Assembly (NCBI GenBank): GCA_965207455.1 | Contig: CBDBMJ010000001.1 | Coordinates: 832,001 to 896,000 of the forward strand | DNA from: Bdellovibrionota bacterium | GTDB lineage: Bacteria; Bdellovibrionota; UBA1018; CAIPTA01; JAALKR01 | DNA: 64,000 nucleotides | Direction of reading: 5' to 3' | In this document: positions 1-9,142 of the stretch, one piece after another | How positions within the stretch are numbered: position 1 is the first letter of the stretch | Layout: the number at the start of each line of letters is the position of its first letter | Notes under the pieces: generated by a model | Database searches by the model: none | What the model saw: the letters and a program-made list of their open reading frames with translations, nothing else | Told to the model about the DNA's origin: nothing | Translations under genes and position numbers: made by a program

Positions 1-577
1 CTTGACGAAAGTGACTGGCTCCAATAACCCTAGAGGCCACCACGTATTGTTTGTTTTTTTCTCCTATCACTGAAGCACGCACTAGGCGAATAAATGCAGG
101 GCAAGCCACTATCCCCACTGCTATAATTGTATTAAACAGATCGGGTCCAAGGATAGCCACCACAACAATTGCCAGTAGTATGCTGGGAATGGACATCATA
201 ATATCCACTAGTCGCATAATTAAAGTATCCACCCAACCTCCCCAGTAGCCTGCCAGCAGTCCAAGGGATGAGCCAATAGTAAGGGAGAAAAACACGGAGA
301 AAAAACCAATTCCTAGGGAAATTCTTGTGCCATAGATAAGTCGGCTAAGAAAATCTCGTCCCACATCGTCTGTTCCCAATAAAAATTTCCAAGAATAGCC
401 GTCATTCCAGAAAGGAGGTATTCTGTATTGTCCATCATGGATGAGGGATGGGGAGTGGGGAGCTAATAGGGGAGCAAAAATAGCGATAAATAAAAAAACA
501 ACTACAATGATGAAACCCAGGAAAGCATGTTTATTTTGCTTAAGGTGGTAGTACGTTTCTTTTACCCAAAATTCCAT
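1..577 (-). CDS. dppC: Dipeptide/oligopeptide ABC transporter permease, C subunit (3' end runs off the window)
   Basis: Not in the ORF track. Manual translation from ATG at 577 gives MEFWVKETYYHLKQNKHAFLGFIIV...LLGTDDVGRDFLSRLIYGTRISL...EKNKQYVVASRVIGASHFRQ (GTD-GRD motif, EAA loop). Lies directly downstream of dppB. Confidence 0.92.
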   Translation of the reverse strand, partial: MEFWVKETYYHLKQNKHAFLGFIIVVVFLFIAIFAPLLAPHSPSLIHDGQYRIPPFWNDGYSWKFLLGTDDVGRDFLSRLIYGTRISLGIGFFSVFFSLTIGSSLGLLAGYWGGWVDTLIMRLVDIMMSIPSILLAIVVVAILGPDLFNTIIAVGIVACPAFIRLVRASVIGEKNKQYVVASRVIGASHFRQ

Positions 578-582
578 TATTT

Positions 583-1596
583 TCATCTGTATACTCGTAG
601 TTTTGGATCAATAATAAGGTAGGAAAAATCAACCAGCATGTTTATAGTCATTATCACTAGAGCAATACAAAGTATTCCTCCTTGGATGACGGGATAATCC
701 CTTGCTGTTACCGATTCCACAATCCATCGTCCAATACCGGGCCAAGAAAAGATAGTTTCAGTTAAGATAGCTCCAGCTAAAACAGTACCCACCATTAATC
801 CCGTTATGGTCACCACTGGAATTAAAGCATTACGAAGTCCATGTACGAAAATCACACGAAAGTTCGACAAGCCCTTGGCCCTAGCCCCTCGAATATATTC
901 TTCATTTAAAACCTCTATCATACTCGATCGGGTCATACGAGCCACCACTGCTAAAGGAATAGTGCTAAGGGCAAGTGTGGGAAGAATAAGGTGGCGTAGA
1001 GCAGACCAAAAGGAATCGATTCCATCTTCACTAAACCAAGTGTCTACAAGCATAAAGCCTGTAATGAATTCCACATCGTAGATGGCACTGATCCTGCCTG
1101 AGACAGGAGTCCATCCCAGATGCACAGAAAAGAAAAGAATTAAAATCAGTCCCCACCAAAAGATAGGCATGGAGTAGCCAATAAGAGAAATGCCCATAAG
1201 CACATTGTCGTATAGAGAGTTTTTCTTCACAGCAGCGATGATCCCACAGGGAACGCCCAGCAGTAAAGCTAGAAAAATAGATAATAATCCCAGTTCTACG
1301 GTGGCAGGAAATCGACCAAAAAATTCTTCGGAGACTGGTCTTTTGGACACAATGGACGTGCCTAAATCTCCTTGAAATACATTGAAGATATAATGGAAGT
1401 ATTGTTCTACAAGTGGACGATCCAGACCTAGATTTTTTTCCATGGCTTTGTATCTAGCTGGATCCCCTCCCCTCTCTCCCAGCATTAACAGTACAGGGTC
1501 TCCTGGAACTAATCGTATTAGACCAAAGGCTAGGACACTAACACCTAAAAAGGTAAGAAATAGAATAAAAAATTTTCGACAAAAAAACCGGAGCAT
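583..1596 (-). CDS. dppB: Dipeptide ABC transporter permease, B subunit
   Basis: PGDPV, LGLDRPL, RFPATVEL, SMPIFW, EEYIRGARAKGL (EAA loop) and RDYPVIQG motifs. Confidence 0.95.
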   Translation of the reverse strand: MLRFFCRKFFILFLTFLGVSVLAFGLIRLVPGDPVLLMLGERGGDPARYKAMEKNLGLDRPLVEQYFHYIFNVFQGDLGTSIVSKRPVSEEFFGRFPATVELGLLSIFLALLLGVPCGIIAAVKKNSLYDNVLMGISLIGYSMPIFWWGLILILFFSVHLGWTPVSGRISAIYDVEFITGFMLVDTWFSEDGIDSFWSALRHLILPTLALSTIPLAVVARMTRSSMIEVLNEEYIRGARAKGLSNFRVIFVHGLRNALIPVVTITGLMVGTVLAGAILTETIFSWPGIGRWIVESVTARDYPVIQGGILCIALVIMTINMLVDFSYLIIDPKLRVYR

Positions 1597-3201
1597 TTAT
1601 TGACGTATGTCCACTCCATACAAGGAATCATCTCCTACTCCATTGATAAGGAAGCCTTTTACATTGCTTCGAACTGCACGATAAACGATGGAATGGGCAA
1701 TGGGTACCCAAGGGTTTTGTTGTTTAAATATCTTTTGGGCTTTTAGGTAGTAATTTTTTCTCACCTTTCTATTCGTATTAGATTGGGCTTGCTCCACTAA
1801 ATCATTAAATGGTTTATAGCACCATCTGGCCACGTTACCGCCTGTCTTCACTGCTGCACAGCCCAGTAATATGTGAAGAAAATTATCCGGGTCTCCATTA
1901 TCTCCAGACCAACCCAATTGAATCATTTGGTGTTCCCCGTCTCTGGATTTTTTTAAATAGGTGGGCCAATCGTAACTTATTAATTTTATTTTTACACCAA
2001 CCTTGGCTAAGTCCGATTGAATCATCTCTCCCATCTTCTTCCCGGATGGATTGTAGGGACGACTAACGGGTAGGGTCCAAAGCTCGGCAGAAAAACCTTC
2101 CGGATAGCCAGCTTTTATAAGTAATTGCTTAGCCTTTTTTATGTCATAGCCATGGTCCTTTATTTTTTCATTATAACTCCACATAGTGGGAGGAATGGGG
2201 TTTTTAGCAACTTGGGCGTGCCCCAAGTAAATAGCTTTTATATAGGCACTTCGATTAAGGGCATGGTAAATAGCTTGACGAACAATCACATTATTAAATG
2301 GTTTTTTCTCCACATTCATGGCTATATAGCCCACATTCAAACCAGGTTTACTAAGAACAGTGATGTCAGTATTTTTTTCCATGCTTATTAGATCTGCGGG
2401 GGATGGGTGTGTAACAATATGGCACTCTCCCGTACGAATTTTCTGGTAGCGCACGCTAGGGTCTTTCGTAATAGCAAATACAACTTTATCTAGTGGCGAC
2501 TTTCCAAGAAAATAAGAAGGGTTTGCTGTATAGTGAATCGTGGAATCCTTCACATAACGTTGAAAAATAAAGGCTCCTGTTCCCACAGATAAAGTGTCCA
2601 CTTTTTCAGGTGTACCTGCCTTGAGCATTTTCATGGCGTACTCTTCGGACAATATACTAGCAAAATGCATTCCCATATTTGCTAAAAATGGTGCCACTGG
2701 TTTGCTTAAGAGGAACTCTACCGTATAATCATCTACTTTTTTAATGTCTTTAATGATTTTATTCATTTCCATCCCTAAAAAATAATCATAATTTCCTCCG
2801 CTAATTTTATGGAAGGGGTGAGTTTTTAGCCGTTGACGATTAAAAGAGAACAGCACATCCGTTGCATTAAAATCCCGGGTGGGTTCAAAAATTTTTGTGG
2901 AGTGGAATTTTATTCCTTTGCGCAAATAAAAAGTATAGCTTTTACCGTCTTTGGCAATTTTCCATGAACTTGCTAGTGAGGGAATTATCTCAGTGGTTCC
3001 AGGCTTAAAGGCCACAAGGCGATTATAAATCATATTTGCCCCTGCCACCAAGGAGGGACCATCGGTTGCTATTTGGGGATTAAAGCTACTGGGACTCCCC
3101 TCAGAGCAATACACCAGCACTTTCTTCTTTGCTCCCATTGCACCCAACGGTGTAAAAAAAAGGCAAAAAACAATAAATAAGGGATAATAATTCTTCTGCA
3201 T
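1597..3201 (-). CDS. dppA: Dipeptide ABC transporter substrate-binding protein (family 5)
   Basis: LVYCSEGSP, GTGAF, RPYNP, GWSGDNGDPDNF, RWCYKPF motifs. Start moved to ATG 3201, which has an AGGAGG RBS and is followed by a signal peptide. Confidence 0.95.
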   Translation of the reverse strand: MQKNYYPLFIVFCLFFTPLGAMGAKKKVLVYCSEGSPSSFNPQIATDGPSLVAGANMIYNRLVAFKPGTTEIIPSLASSWKIAKDGKSYTFYLRKGIKFHSTKIFEPTRDFNATDVLFSFNRQRLKTHPFHKISGGNYDYFLGMEMNKIIKDIKKVDDYTVEFLLSKPVAPFLANMGMHFASILSEEYAMKMLKAGTPEKVDTLSVGTGAFIFQRYVKDSTIHYTANPSYFLGKSPLDKVVFAITKDPSVRYQKIRTGECHIVTHPSPADLISMEKNTDITVLSKPGLNVGYIAMNVEKKPFNNVIVRQAIYHALNRSAYIKAIYLGHAQVAKNPIPPTMWSYNEKIKDHGYDIKKAKQLLIKAGYPEGFSAELWTLPVSRPYNPSGKKMGEMIQSDLAKVGVKIKLISYDWPTYLKKSRDGEHQMIQLGWSGDNGDPDNFLHILLGCAAVKTGGNVARWCYKPFNDLVEQAQSNTNRKVRKNYYLKAQKIFKQQNPWVPIAHSIVYRAVRSNVKGFLINGVGDDSLYGVDIRQ

Positions 3202-3309
3202 ATAACCTCCTAAAAAATATAAAACCAAGTAGTCTGTGTTTATTCTTACCACTACTTTCCTATATTGGTCAAAGTCTCTAGGTTAAGCTGTTTTTCGCAT
3301 AGCATTATT

Positions 3310-3386
3310 ATGTTTGCATTAGGATGCTTGCATTAGGATGCTTGCGATGCTTGCATTACGATGCTTGCATTACGATGCTTGCATTA
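3310..3386. repeat. 14-bp tandem repeat ATGCTTGCATTA(G/C)G, about 5.5 copies including one truncated 9-bp unit
   Basis: Units read directly: 3310 atgtttgcattagg; 3324 atgcttgcattagg; 3338 atgcttgcg; 3347 atgcttgcattacg; 3361 atgcttgcattacg; 3375 atgcttgcatta. Confidence 0.95.
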
Positions 3387-3427
3387 TTTTTCTATTGATA
3401 AATTCTCTAAAAAGCCGAAAGGAAAGC

Positions 3428-4933
3428 ATGGCATGGTTGTATAAAAAGAAGGCTAGCGTGGATGGTATTTTCCTTGATATTTCCCCTTTTCCCGTACTCA
3501 GGGTCACGGAAGAAGGCATCCTGCTATACGCCAACGCTGCCAGTAAGAAATTATTACTGGCATGGAAAACAAAAATTGGTAGGAAAATCCCTGAATCCAT
3601 TAAATGTCTCACCTATTCGTCTTTAATGGAGAGGCAACCCAGCACTTTTGAGTGTGAGGTTCAAGAGGAAATTCATAGAATCACAGCAGTGCCTGTATGG
3701 GAAAAAAAATACGTCAATCTCTATGGACAAAATATTACTCAAGAGAAAAAAATAGAAGAAAGTCTTCTGGAAGAAAAAGAAATTGCTCTCAACGCAATTC
3801 AAACAAAATCAAATTTTCTAGCAAATATGAGTCATGAGATACGAACGCCAATGAATGGAATTATTGGTATCATCAGTTTATTAATAGATACAAAGCTATC
3901 TCCTGCACAAAAAGAACAGGTAAGTATCATTAAAGATTCTGCGGATACTCTGCTCATACTTATTAATGATATTCTAGATTACTCTAAGATTGAAGCTGGT
4001 CAGATAAATATTCAATATGACGCTTTCAATATGGAAGATGCATTAAGAAACATTATTAAGCTATTGGAAGTAAAGGCAGAAGAAAAAGGAATTGAATTAT
4101 CCTACCAGACAGATGAAAATTTTCCAAAATGGGTCAATGGAGATAAAACAAGAATTGTACAAGTTATTACAAACCTTCTGAGCAATTCCATAAAATTCAC
4201 ACAAAAGGGTTCCGTGAAACTTACAGGGAAAATAAAGGAAGAAAAAAAGAGCAGTTATAAATTAGAATTTTTAGTAAAGGATACGGGAATAGGTATTTCT
4301 GATAAAGTTAAAAAAGAAGTGTTCAAGCCTTTCCAACAAGCAGATGCATCCACAACAAGGGAATTCGGAGGAACGGGGCTTGGTCTATCCATTAGCCGAC
4401 AACTTAGCCATCTCATGGGAGGCAACCTATACATGAAAAGCACGGTGGGTAAAGGCACCACTGCTTATTTTAATTTTTTAACAGTAAAGGTGGAAAAAGA
4501 TTTTATAGAGAAGAAGGAAAGCAAAAAAGAAAAAAGGCACATACCAGAAAATTTAAAAATCTTATTAGTAGATGATGGAGCCATTAATCGACTGGTGGCT
4601 GTTAAAATGTTGGAAAAGATAAATATAAGTTGCGAAGTAGCTGAGAATGGAATAGAAGCTATTGAGAAATTGAGAGAGAATCCATACGACATCATTCTTA
4701 TGGATTGTTTAATGCCCAAGCTCGACGGATTTGAAGCAACAAAAATAATTAAAAAAGAATGGAGCAAAGAAAAATGCCCAAGAATCATTGCTATAACTGC
4801 AAATGCCATGCCTGAAGATAAAGAAAAATGCTTAAATGCTGGTATGGATGATTATATAAGCAAACCAATCTCTATAGAAACCTTAACCAGCGCTTTAGAA
4901 AAATGTACTCCCATAAATAAAGGAGTCAAATGA
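3428..4933 (+). CDS. Cytoplasmic hybrid sensor histidine kinase (PAS-like - HisKA - HATPase - REC)
   Basis: FLANMSHEIRTPMNG H-box, NLLSNSIKFT, DTGIGI, GGTGLGL, C-terminal receiver (LMDCLMP, KP). Start set at ATG 3428 (AAGGAAAG upstream); the ORF-track extension runs through the tandem repeat. Confidence 0.93.
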   Translation: MAWLYKKKASVDGIFLDISPFPVLRVTEEGILLYANAASKKLLLAWKTKIGRKIPESIKCLTYSSLMERQPSTFECEVQEEIHRITAVPVWEKKYVNLYGQNITQEKKIEESLLEEKEIALNAIQTKSNFLANMSHEIRTPMNGIIGIISLLIDTKLSPAQKEQVSIIKDSADTLLILINDILDYSKIEAGQINIQYDAFNMEDALRNIIKLLEVKAEEKGIELSYQTDENFPKWVNGDKTRIVQVITNLLSNSIKFTQKGSVKLTGKIKEEKKSSYKLEFLVKDTGIGISDKVKKEVFKPFQQADASTTREFGGTGLGLSISRQLSHLMGGNLYMKSTVGKGTTAYFNFLTVKVEKDFIEKKESKKEKRHIPENLKILLVDDGAINRLVAVKMLEKINISCEVAENGIEAIEKLRENPYDIILMDCLMPKLDGFEATKIIKKEWSKEKCPRIIAITANAMPEDKEKCLNAGMDDYISKPISIETLTSALEKCTPINKGVK

Positions 4934-6033
4934 AAAAAGTGCTCGTAGTTGATGACGATAAATCCACAAGAACTATTCTACGATCTATTTTAGAAAAAAA
5001 TGGATATATTGTAACTGAATGTAGCGATGGAAACGAAGCATGGGATAGAATACAAAAGCCTTCTTCCCCTCAGCTTATTCTCACGGATTGGCTTATGCCA
5101 AATCTCAATGGCATTGAACTATGTGAGAAGATAAGAAAAATGAAAGAAAAAAACACATTTTTCTATATTATAATAATTACTTTAAATAATAAAATCCAAG
5201 AAATCACCCGTGCCTTAAACTCTGGAGCAGACGATCATGTATCCAAGCCTTTTGTACAAAAAGAGCTTATTGCAAGAATAGCCGTGGGATTTCGAATGAT
5301 AGAACTGCAAAGAAAACTTGATATGGAAAGAGCCAAAAGAATTCATCTGGGGAAAATGGCTGCCATCGCAGAAACAACATCAGGAATTGCTCATGAAATT
5401 AATAATCCATTGTTTGTATTACAGGGAAATATGGAAAAAATAATAAACGTAATTAAAAATAAAGAAAACACACAAAAAGCATATATTCCTGCAGAAAATA
5501 TGCAAAAATCCATCAATCGTATTCAAAAAATAATAAAGGGTCTATATATATTCTCTGAAAAAGAAATAGGTATAAAAAACAAAATAAAAATAAATGACAT
5601 TATGGAAACTATGCTCAATACATGCAAAGAAAAATTAAAAAAACATAAAATAAACATAACATACGAAAATAAAGACTCTGAATTATTTTTAGATTGCTCT
5701 CCATCTCAAATTTCCCAATGCCTATTCAATATAGTGAAAAACTCATGGGAATCCATAGAGAATAAACAAGAAAAATGGATACACATAATAATAAAAGAAA
5801 GTCAAGATAATATTCAAATCAATGTTTTAGATAGTGGAGATAAATTAGAAGAAAAAATTATCAATAAAATATTCATGCCTTTTTTTACCCATAATAAAGA
5901 AAATACCCATACGGGGCTGGGACTCAGCATTGCTCAAGGATATGCCCACGCCCATAACGGTGAAGTAATCTACGATAAAAAATCAAAAAATACTTGCTTT
6001 GTATTGATTCTACCTAAGCAACAGAGACTATAG
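4930..6033 (+). CDS. Receiver - histidine kinase hybrid (REC-HisKA-HATPase)
   Basis: N-terminal VVDDD...TDWLMP...KP receiver, GIAHEINNPL H-box, TGLGL. 4-bp overlap with the upstream kinase. Confidence 0.9.
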   Translation: MKKVLVVDDDKSTRTILRSILEKNGYIVTECSDGNEAWDRIQKPSSPQLILTDWLMPNLNGIELCEKIRKMKEKNTFFYIIIITLNNKIQEITRALNSGADDHVSKPFVQKELIARIAVGFRMIELQRKLDMERAKRIHLGKMAAIAETTSGIAHEINNPLFVLQGNMEKIINVIKNKENTQKAYIPAENMQKSINRIQKIIKGLYIFSEKEIGIKNKIKINDIMETMLNTCKEKLKKHKINITYENKDSELFLDCSPSQISQCLFNIVKNSWESIENKQEKWIHIIIKESQDNIQINVLDSGDKLEEKIINKIFMPFFTHNKENTHTGLGLSIAQGYAHAHNGEVIYDKKSKNTCFVLILPKQQRL

Positions 6034-6064
6034 ATTTTTTTTCATCTATTGTTAACTAAAATCC

Positions 6065-8944
6065 CTACCAACTTCCTTTATGATATGGGTAACAACCATT
6101 TGTGGTTTTAGTCCAAGTTCCATTACTATTACAGCGATAAGAACAAGATCCTTTGAATTGCTTAAAGCAAAACCATCTTCCTCCCCTTGGACCACCCCAA
6201 ACACAACCTTTAGTTTGACCAGGCTTCTGAGAGTATCCGTTTGTAACATTTGGTCCAGCAGCACAAGTGCCTGTTTTATTACCTGCGGTATTGCTCCTAC
6301 CCATCCTACACTCAGCTCGCAGTTTCCCTGCCCAGAGTATATTATCACCCTTAGGTGCGAGAGTCCCTTTAAAATTTTGAGCTGAACAACTTGCCGCTGT
6401 TGCTAGAGTACAGGCTTTATTTTTATTCCAGTATGTGGTGCCGTTTGATCTTTTTTTACAGGTATAGTTACAAGTACCTGTATACTTACCGCCACATTTA
6501 CCTTTAACAGCGGCGTTGAGATCAGATATTCTTAAGGAACAACCAGCTATATTTTTAGGCGCACACTGGGGCGCAGGAACAGGAGCCACTTCATAGGATC
6601 CACATGAATTTTTAGATTTAGTCCATCGCCCATTAGTCGTATTGCACTTATAGGAACACTTATTAGTAGATGGATTTGTTACTCTGCAAATTTTTACACG
6701 CTTCCCAAACTTACCCTGATAACGACAGGTTTTAGAAACTCTCGAGCAAGTACCATTTACAATACCATTAGTACGGGCGCGAGAAAGAGTACATTTTAAT
6801 TTTTTAGGCTTGTCACCACCCGTCCAATTGGACTCAGATGCAGGAAACGTCTTTCCAACACAATCTTTTTTTGGTGCTGGTGCTGGGGTGGTCACTATCC
6901 TTGTATGACAGTTATTCTTTTCAAACCTCCAATTACCGCGAGAGCAATTATAAATACAAGAACCACCAGGAACTTCGCATTTTTTCTTACGATTATCGCC
7001 TCTTCCAACAAAAGTACAATCTGGCTTATGCTGATTGCAGACACCTTTTTTATTAACAGCATTATACTCGTTAGGTAAAACGCAAGTCCTTCTTCTATCT
7101 GATGGAGAAAAAGTCGATCCTATTTTACTAATCCTTTTTGCGTAACATTGAACTACCGGAGCAGGTACAGATTTTTTAACTTGCTTACAAGTATTACTTT
7201 TCTTTCTCCAGTTACCGTCCATACACTTATACCTACAGCTCGCTCCATTAACTCTACTAAAGAAAACTCTCTTACGATTTCCATACTCTCCCTCATAGCG
7301 AGTCGCACTGGACACCAGACAATCGCCTGTTTGTTTCGTATCATAAGTACCTCTAGAGAGAGCACACGCCACCTTTGAATGTTTACGTCCAAGACTAGCA
7401 TCAGATTCACTGGCTGAAATTGTTTCTGCTACACAATTACGTGGCGATGGTAAGGGAGCTGGAGTTCTTACGCCTCTCTTTCTACAATTATTCTCAATTC
7501 TTGTCCAAGATCCACTTTCGGAACATTCGTAATTACAAGAACCACCGCTGATATCACAAACTTTCTCACGATCAGCATACTTCCCTTCAAAACGGCAATC
7601 TTGTGATGTCTCACTACAAAATCCAGATCTAGATTCATTTTTTAAAGCAGGGCCAAGGTTGCAAGTTAATGCTCTGGAAGAACTGGCCGAAGACTCATCT
7701 TTATCTGTCAATAAACCGACACAATCGTCATCATATTTATATAAAGTAAGTTTATCTATGGGTTTCACCCATTTTGCTGAACCATTACTTAACTGACCAT
7801 AGGTATTATCTCCCCAACACTTTGCTTTTTTATTAGGCAGTACTAAACAGCCATGGGGAGTATCAGTAAAACTAACGTCAATCTGAGTAGCTGAAAACTT
7901 TCTAACTAATGCGGGAACTTCATAAATAGTACCGTCTATAGTTCCCCAGCACATTAAAGTATTGTCTACTAAACTAGCGCAAACAGAGTCTCTAAAAGAA
8001 AAAACATTTTTCATTTGGCTTAGTTTTTGAACAACAGAGGGAGGGGCATTTTTTGTGGTCGTATTGTTCCCTAATTGCCCCAAACTACCATCTCCCCAGC
8101 ACTGAACAGAAGCATTATCTAAAAAAGCACAAGTGCTTTTTTTCCCTGCACTAACTTGTATTGCATTGCTAATGCCAGTTACCGTTTCAGATGCAATTAA
8201 CTGATTTCCATTATTTTCGCCACCTATGCCGAGTCGAGCATTGTTACGAAGTCCCCAGCACCGTAAAGATCCGTTATTCATTCTTGCACAGCTATGTGAC
8301 ACACCAACAGAAATTTGAACAATGTTTTCAAGGCGACTGTTTCTACTGGCCAATAGATATGTGGGTCGAGAAGCATTAGTTTTGGAATTATCTCCCACCT
8401 GACCATCGTTATTCTTCCCCCAACATTTAGCATCGCTATTAGCAGTGAGAGCACAGGCAGTGTTTAGACCCACCGAAATCTGAGTAATATCTGCAAGATC
8501 AATAAGTTTAGTTGGAAATTTTTGATCAAGCTCTCCACCTATACCCAAATTTCCAAAACGATTATGCCCCCAACACCATACAGATCCGTTCCGCAAACGC
8601 GCACAGGTGAAACCCTCACCAGCACCAATTTCAACCACATTAGTGAGTTTTGTTTTCGGATTAGTGCTTATTAAAACAGGCGCAGGAGATAATACAATAT
8701 CCTCACTTGAACCCACACCTAATAAACCAGAAGAATTCTTTCCCCAGCACCATACAGTATAATCCGTAAGAAGAGCACAGGAGTGATTTTTTCCTGTGGC
8801 AATTTGTAGTACCTTTAATTCCACTGCAGAGACATTTTCTTCAACCAGAAATTCTTCCGCTAACGTAAATTGACCCCAAACACTACATAAACCAATGATC
8901 CCTAGCACACCTAGCGCAAACAGCTTCCGACAATTTCTCAACAT
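6065..8944 (-). CDS. Secreted RCC1/BLIP-II repeat protein with six C-terminal Cys-rich repeats
   Basis: Signal peptide, seven repeats of the (V/A)xCWGxNxxGxLG type, then six Cys-patterned modules mostly joined by PAP-rich linkers. Confidence 0.85.
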   Translation of the reverse strand: MLRNCRKLFALGVLGIIGLCSVWGQFTLAEEFLVEENVSAVELKVLQIATGKNHSCALLTDYTVWCWGKNSSGLLGVGSSEDIVLSPAPVLISTNPKTKLTNVVEIGAGEGFTCARLRNGSVWCWGHNRFGNLGIGGELDQKFPTKLIDLADITQISVGLNTACALTANSDAKCWGKNNDGQVGDNSKTNASRPTYLLASRNSRLENIVQISVGVSHSCARMNNGSLRCWGLRNNARLGIGGENNGNQLIASETVTGISNAIQVSAGKKSTCAFLDNASVQCWGDGSLGQLGNNTTTKNAPPSVVQKLSQMKNVFSFRDSVCASLVDNTLMCWGTIDGTIYEVPALVRKFSATQIDVSFTDTPHGCLVLPNKKAKCWGDNTYGQLSNGSAKWVKPIDKLTLYKYDDDCVGLLTDKDESSASSSRALTCNLGPALKNESRSGFCSETSQDCRFEGKYADREKVCDISGGSCNYECSESGSWTRIENNCRKRGVRTPAPLPSPRNCVAETISASESDASLGRKHSKVACALSRGTYDTKQTGDCLVSSATRYEGEYGNRKRVFFSRVNGASCRYKCMDGNWRKKSNTCKQVKKSVPAPVVQCYAKRISKIGSTFSPSDRRRTCVLPNEYNAVNKKGVCNQHKPDCTFVGRGDNRKKKCEVPGGSCIYNCSRGNWRFEKNNCHTRIVTTPAPAPKKDCVGKTFPASESNWTGGDKPKKLKCTLSRARTNGIVNGTCSRVSKTCRYQGKFGKRVKICRVTNPSTNKCSYKCNTTNGRWTKSKNSCGSYEVAPVPAPQCAPKNIAGCSLRISDLNAAVKGKCGGKYTGTCNYTCKKRSNGTTYWNKNKACTLATAASCSAQNFKGTLAPKGDNILWAGKLRAECRMGRSNTAGNKTGTCAAGPNVTNGYSQKPGQTKGCVWGGPRGGRWFCFKQFKGSCSYRCNSNGTWTKTTNGCYPYHKGSW

Positions 8945-8969
8945 AATTATTCTCCCTTTATTTTAATAA

Positions 8970-8998
8970 TATATAGCCCATAAAACAGCATATGTCAA
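8970..8998 (-). promoter_or_regulatory. Putative sigma70 promoter of the RCC1-repeat gene
   Basis: Minus strand TTGACA-17 bp-TATATA, followed by a GGGAG RBS and ATG 8944. Confidence 0.6.
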
Positions 8999-9142
8999 GA
9001 CATAAAATAGCTCTTTTTAAGGGTATAATGCCAGTAATTACGTTCTTACAATGCTCTGGTTCCTAGAGATTGAGGCACCTGCTCGATAGCATAAAAGTGC
9101 ACCGCTAGATTTGTATGATGCTTGCTAAAATTTGTTTTGCCT

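Noticed and set aside
3310..3386. Possible CRISPR or mini-array
   Set aside because: Units are contiguous with no unique spacers, the repeat is only 14 bp, and no cas genes are present.
3338..3427. ORF-track N-terminal extension of the hybrid kinase (MLAMLALRCLHYDACII...)
   Set aside because: It is largely a translation of the tandem repeat; ATG 3428 has a plausible RBS.
9069..9083. ATTGAGGCACCTGC resembles the reverse complement of 52372-52384 (GTAGGTGCTCAAT); possible dispersed repeat
   Set aside because: Only about 13 bp with a gap and a mismatch, two copies; compatible with chance.
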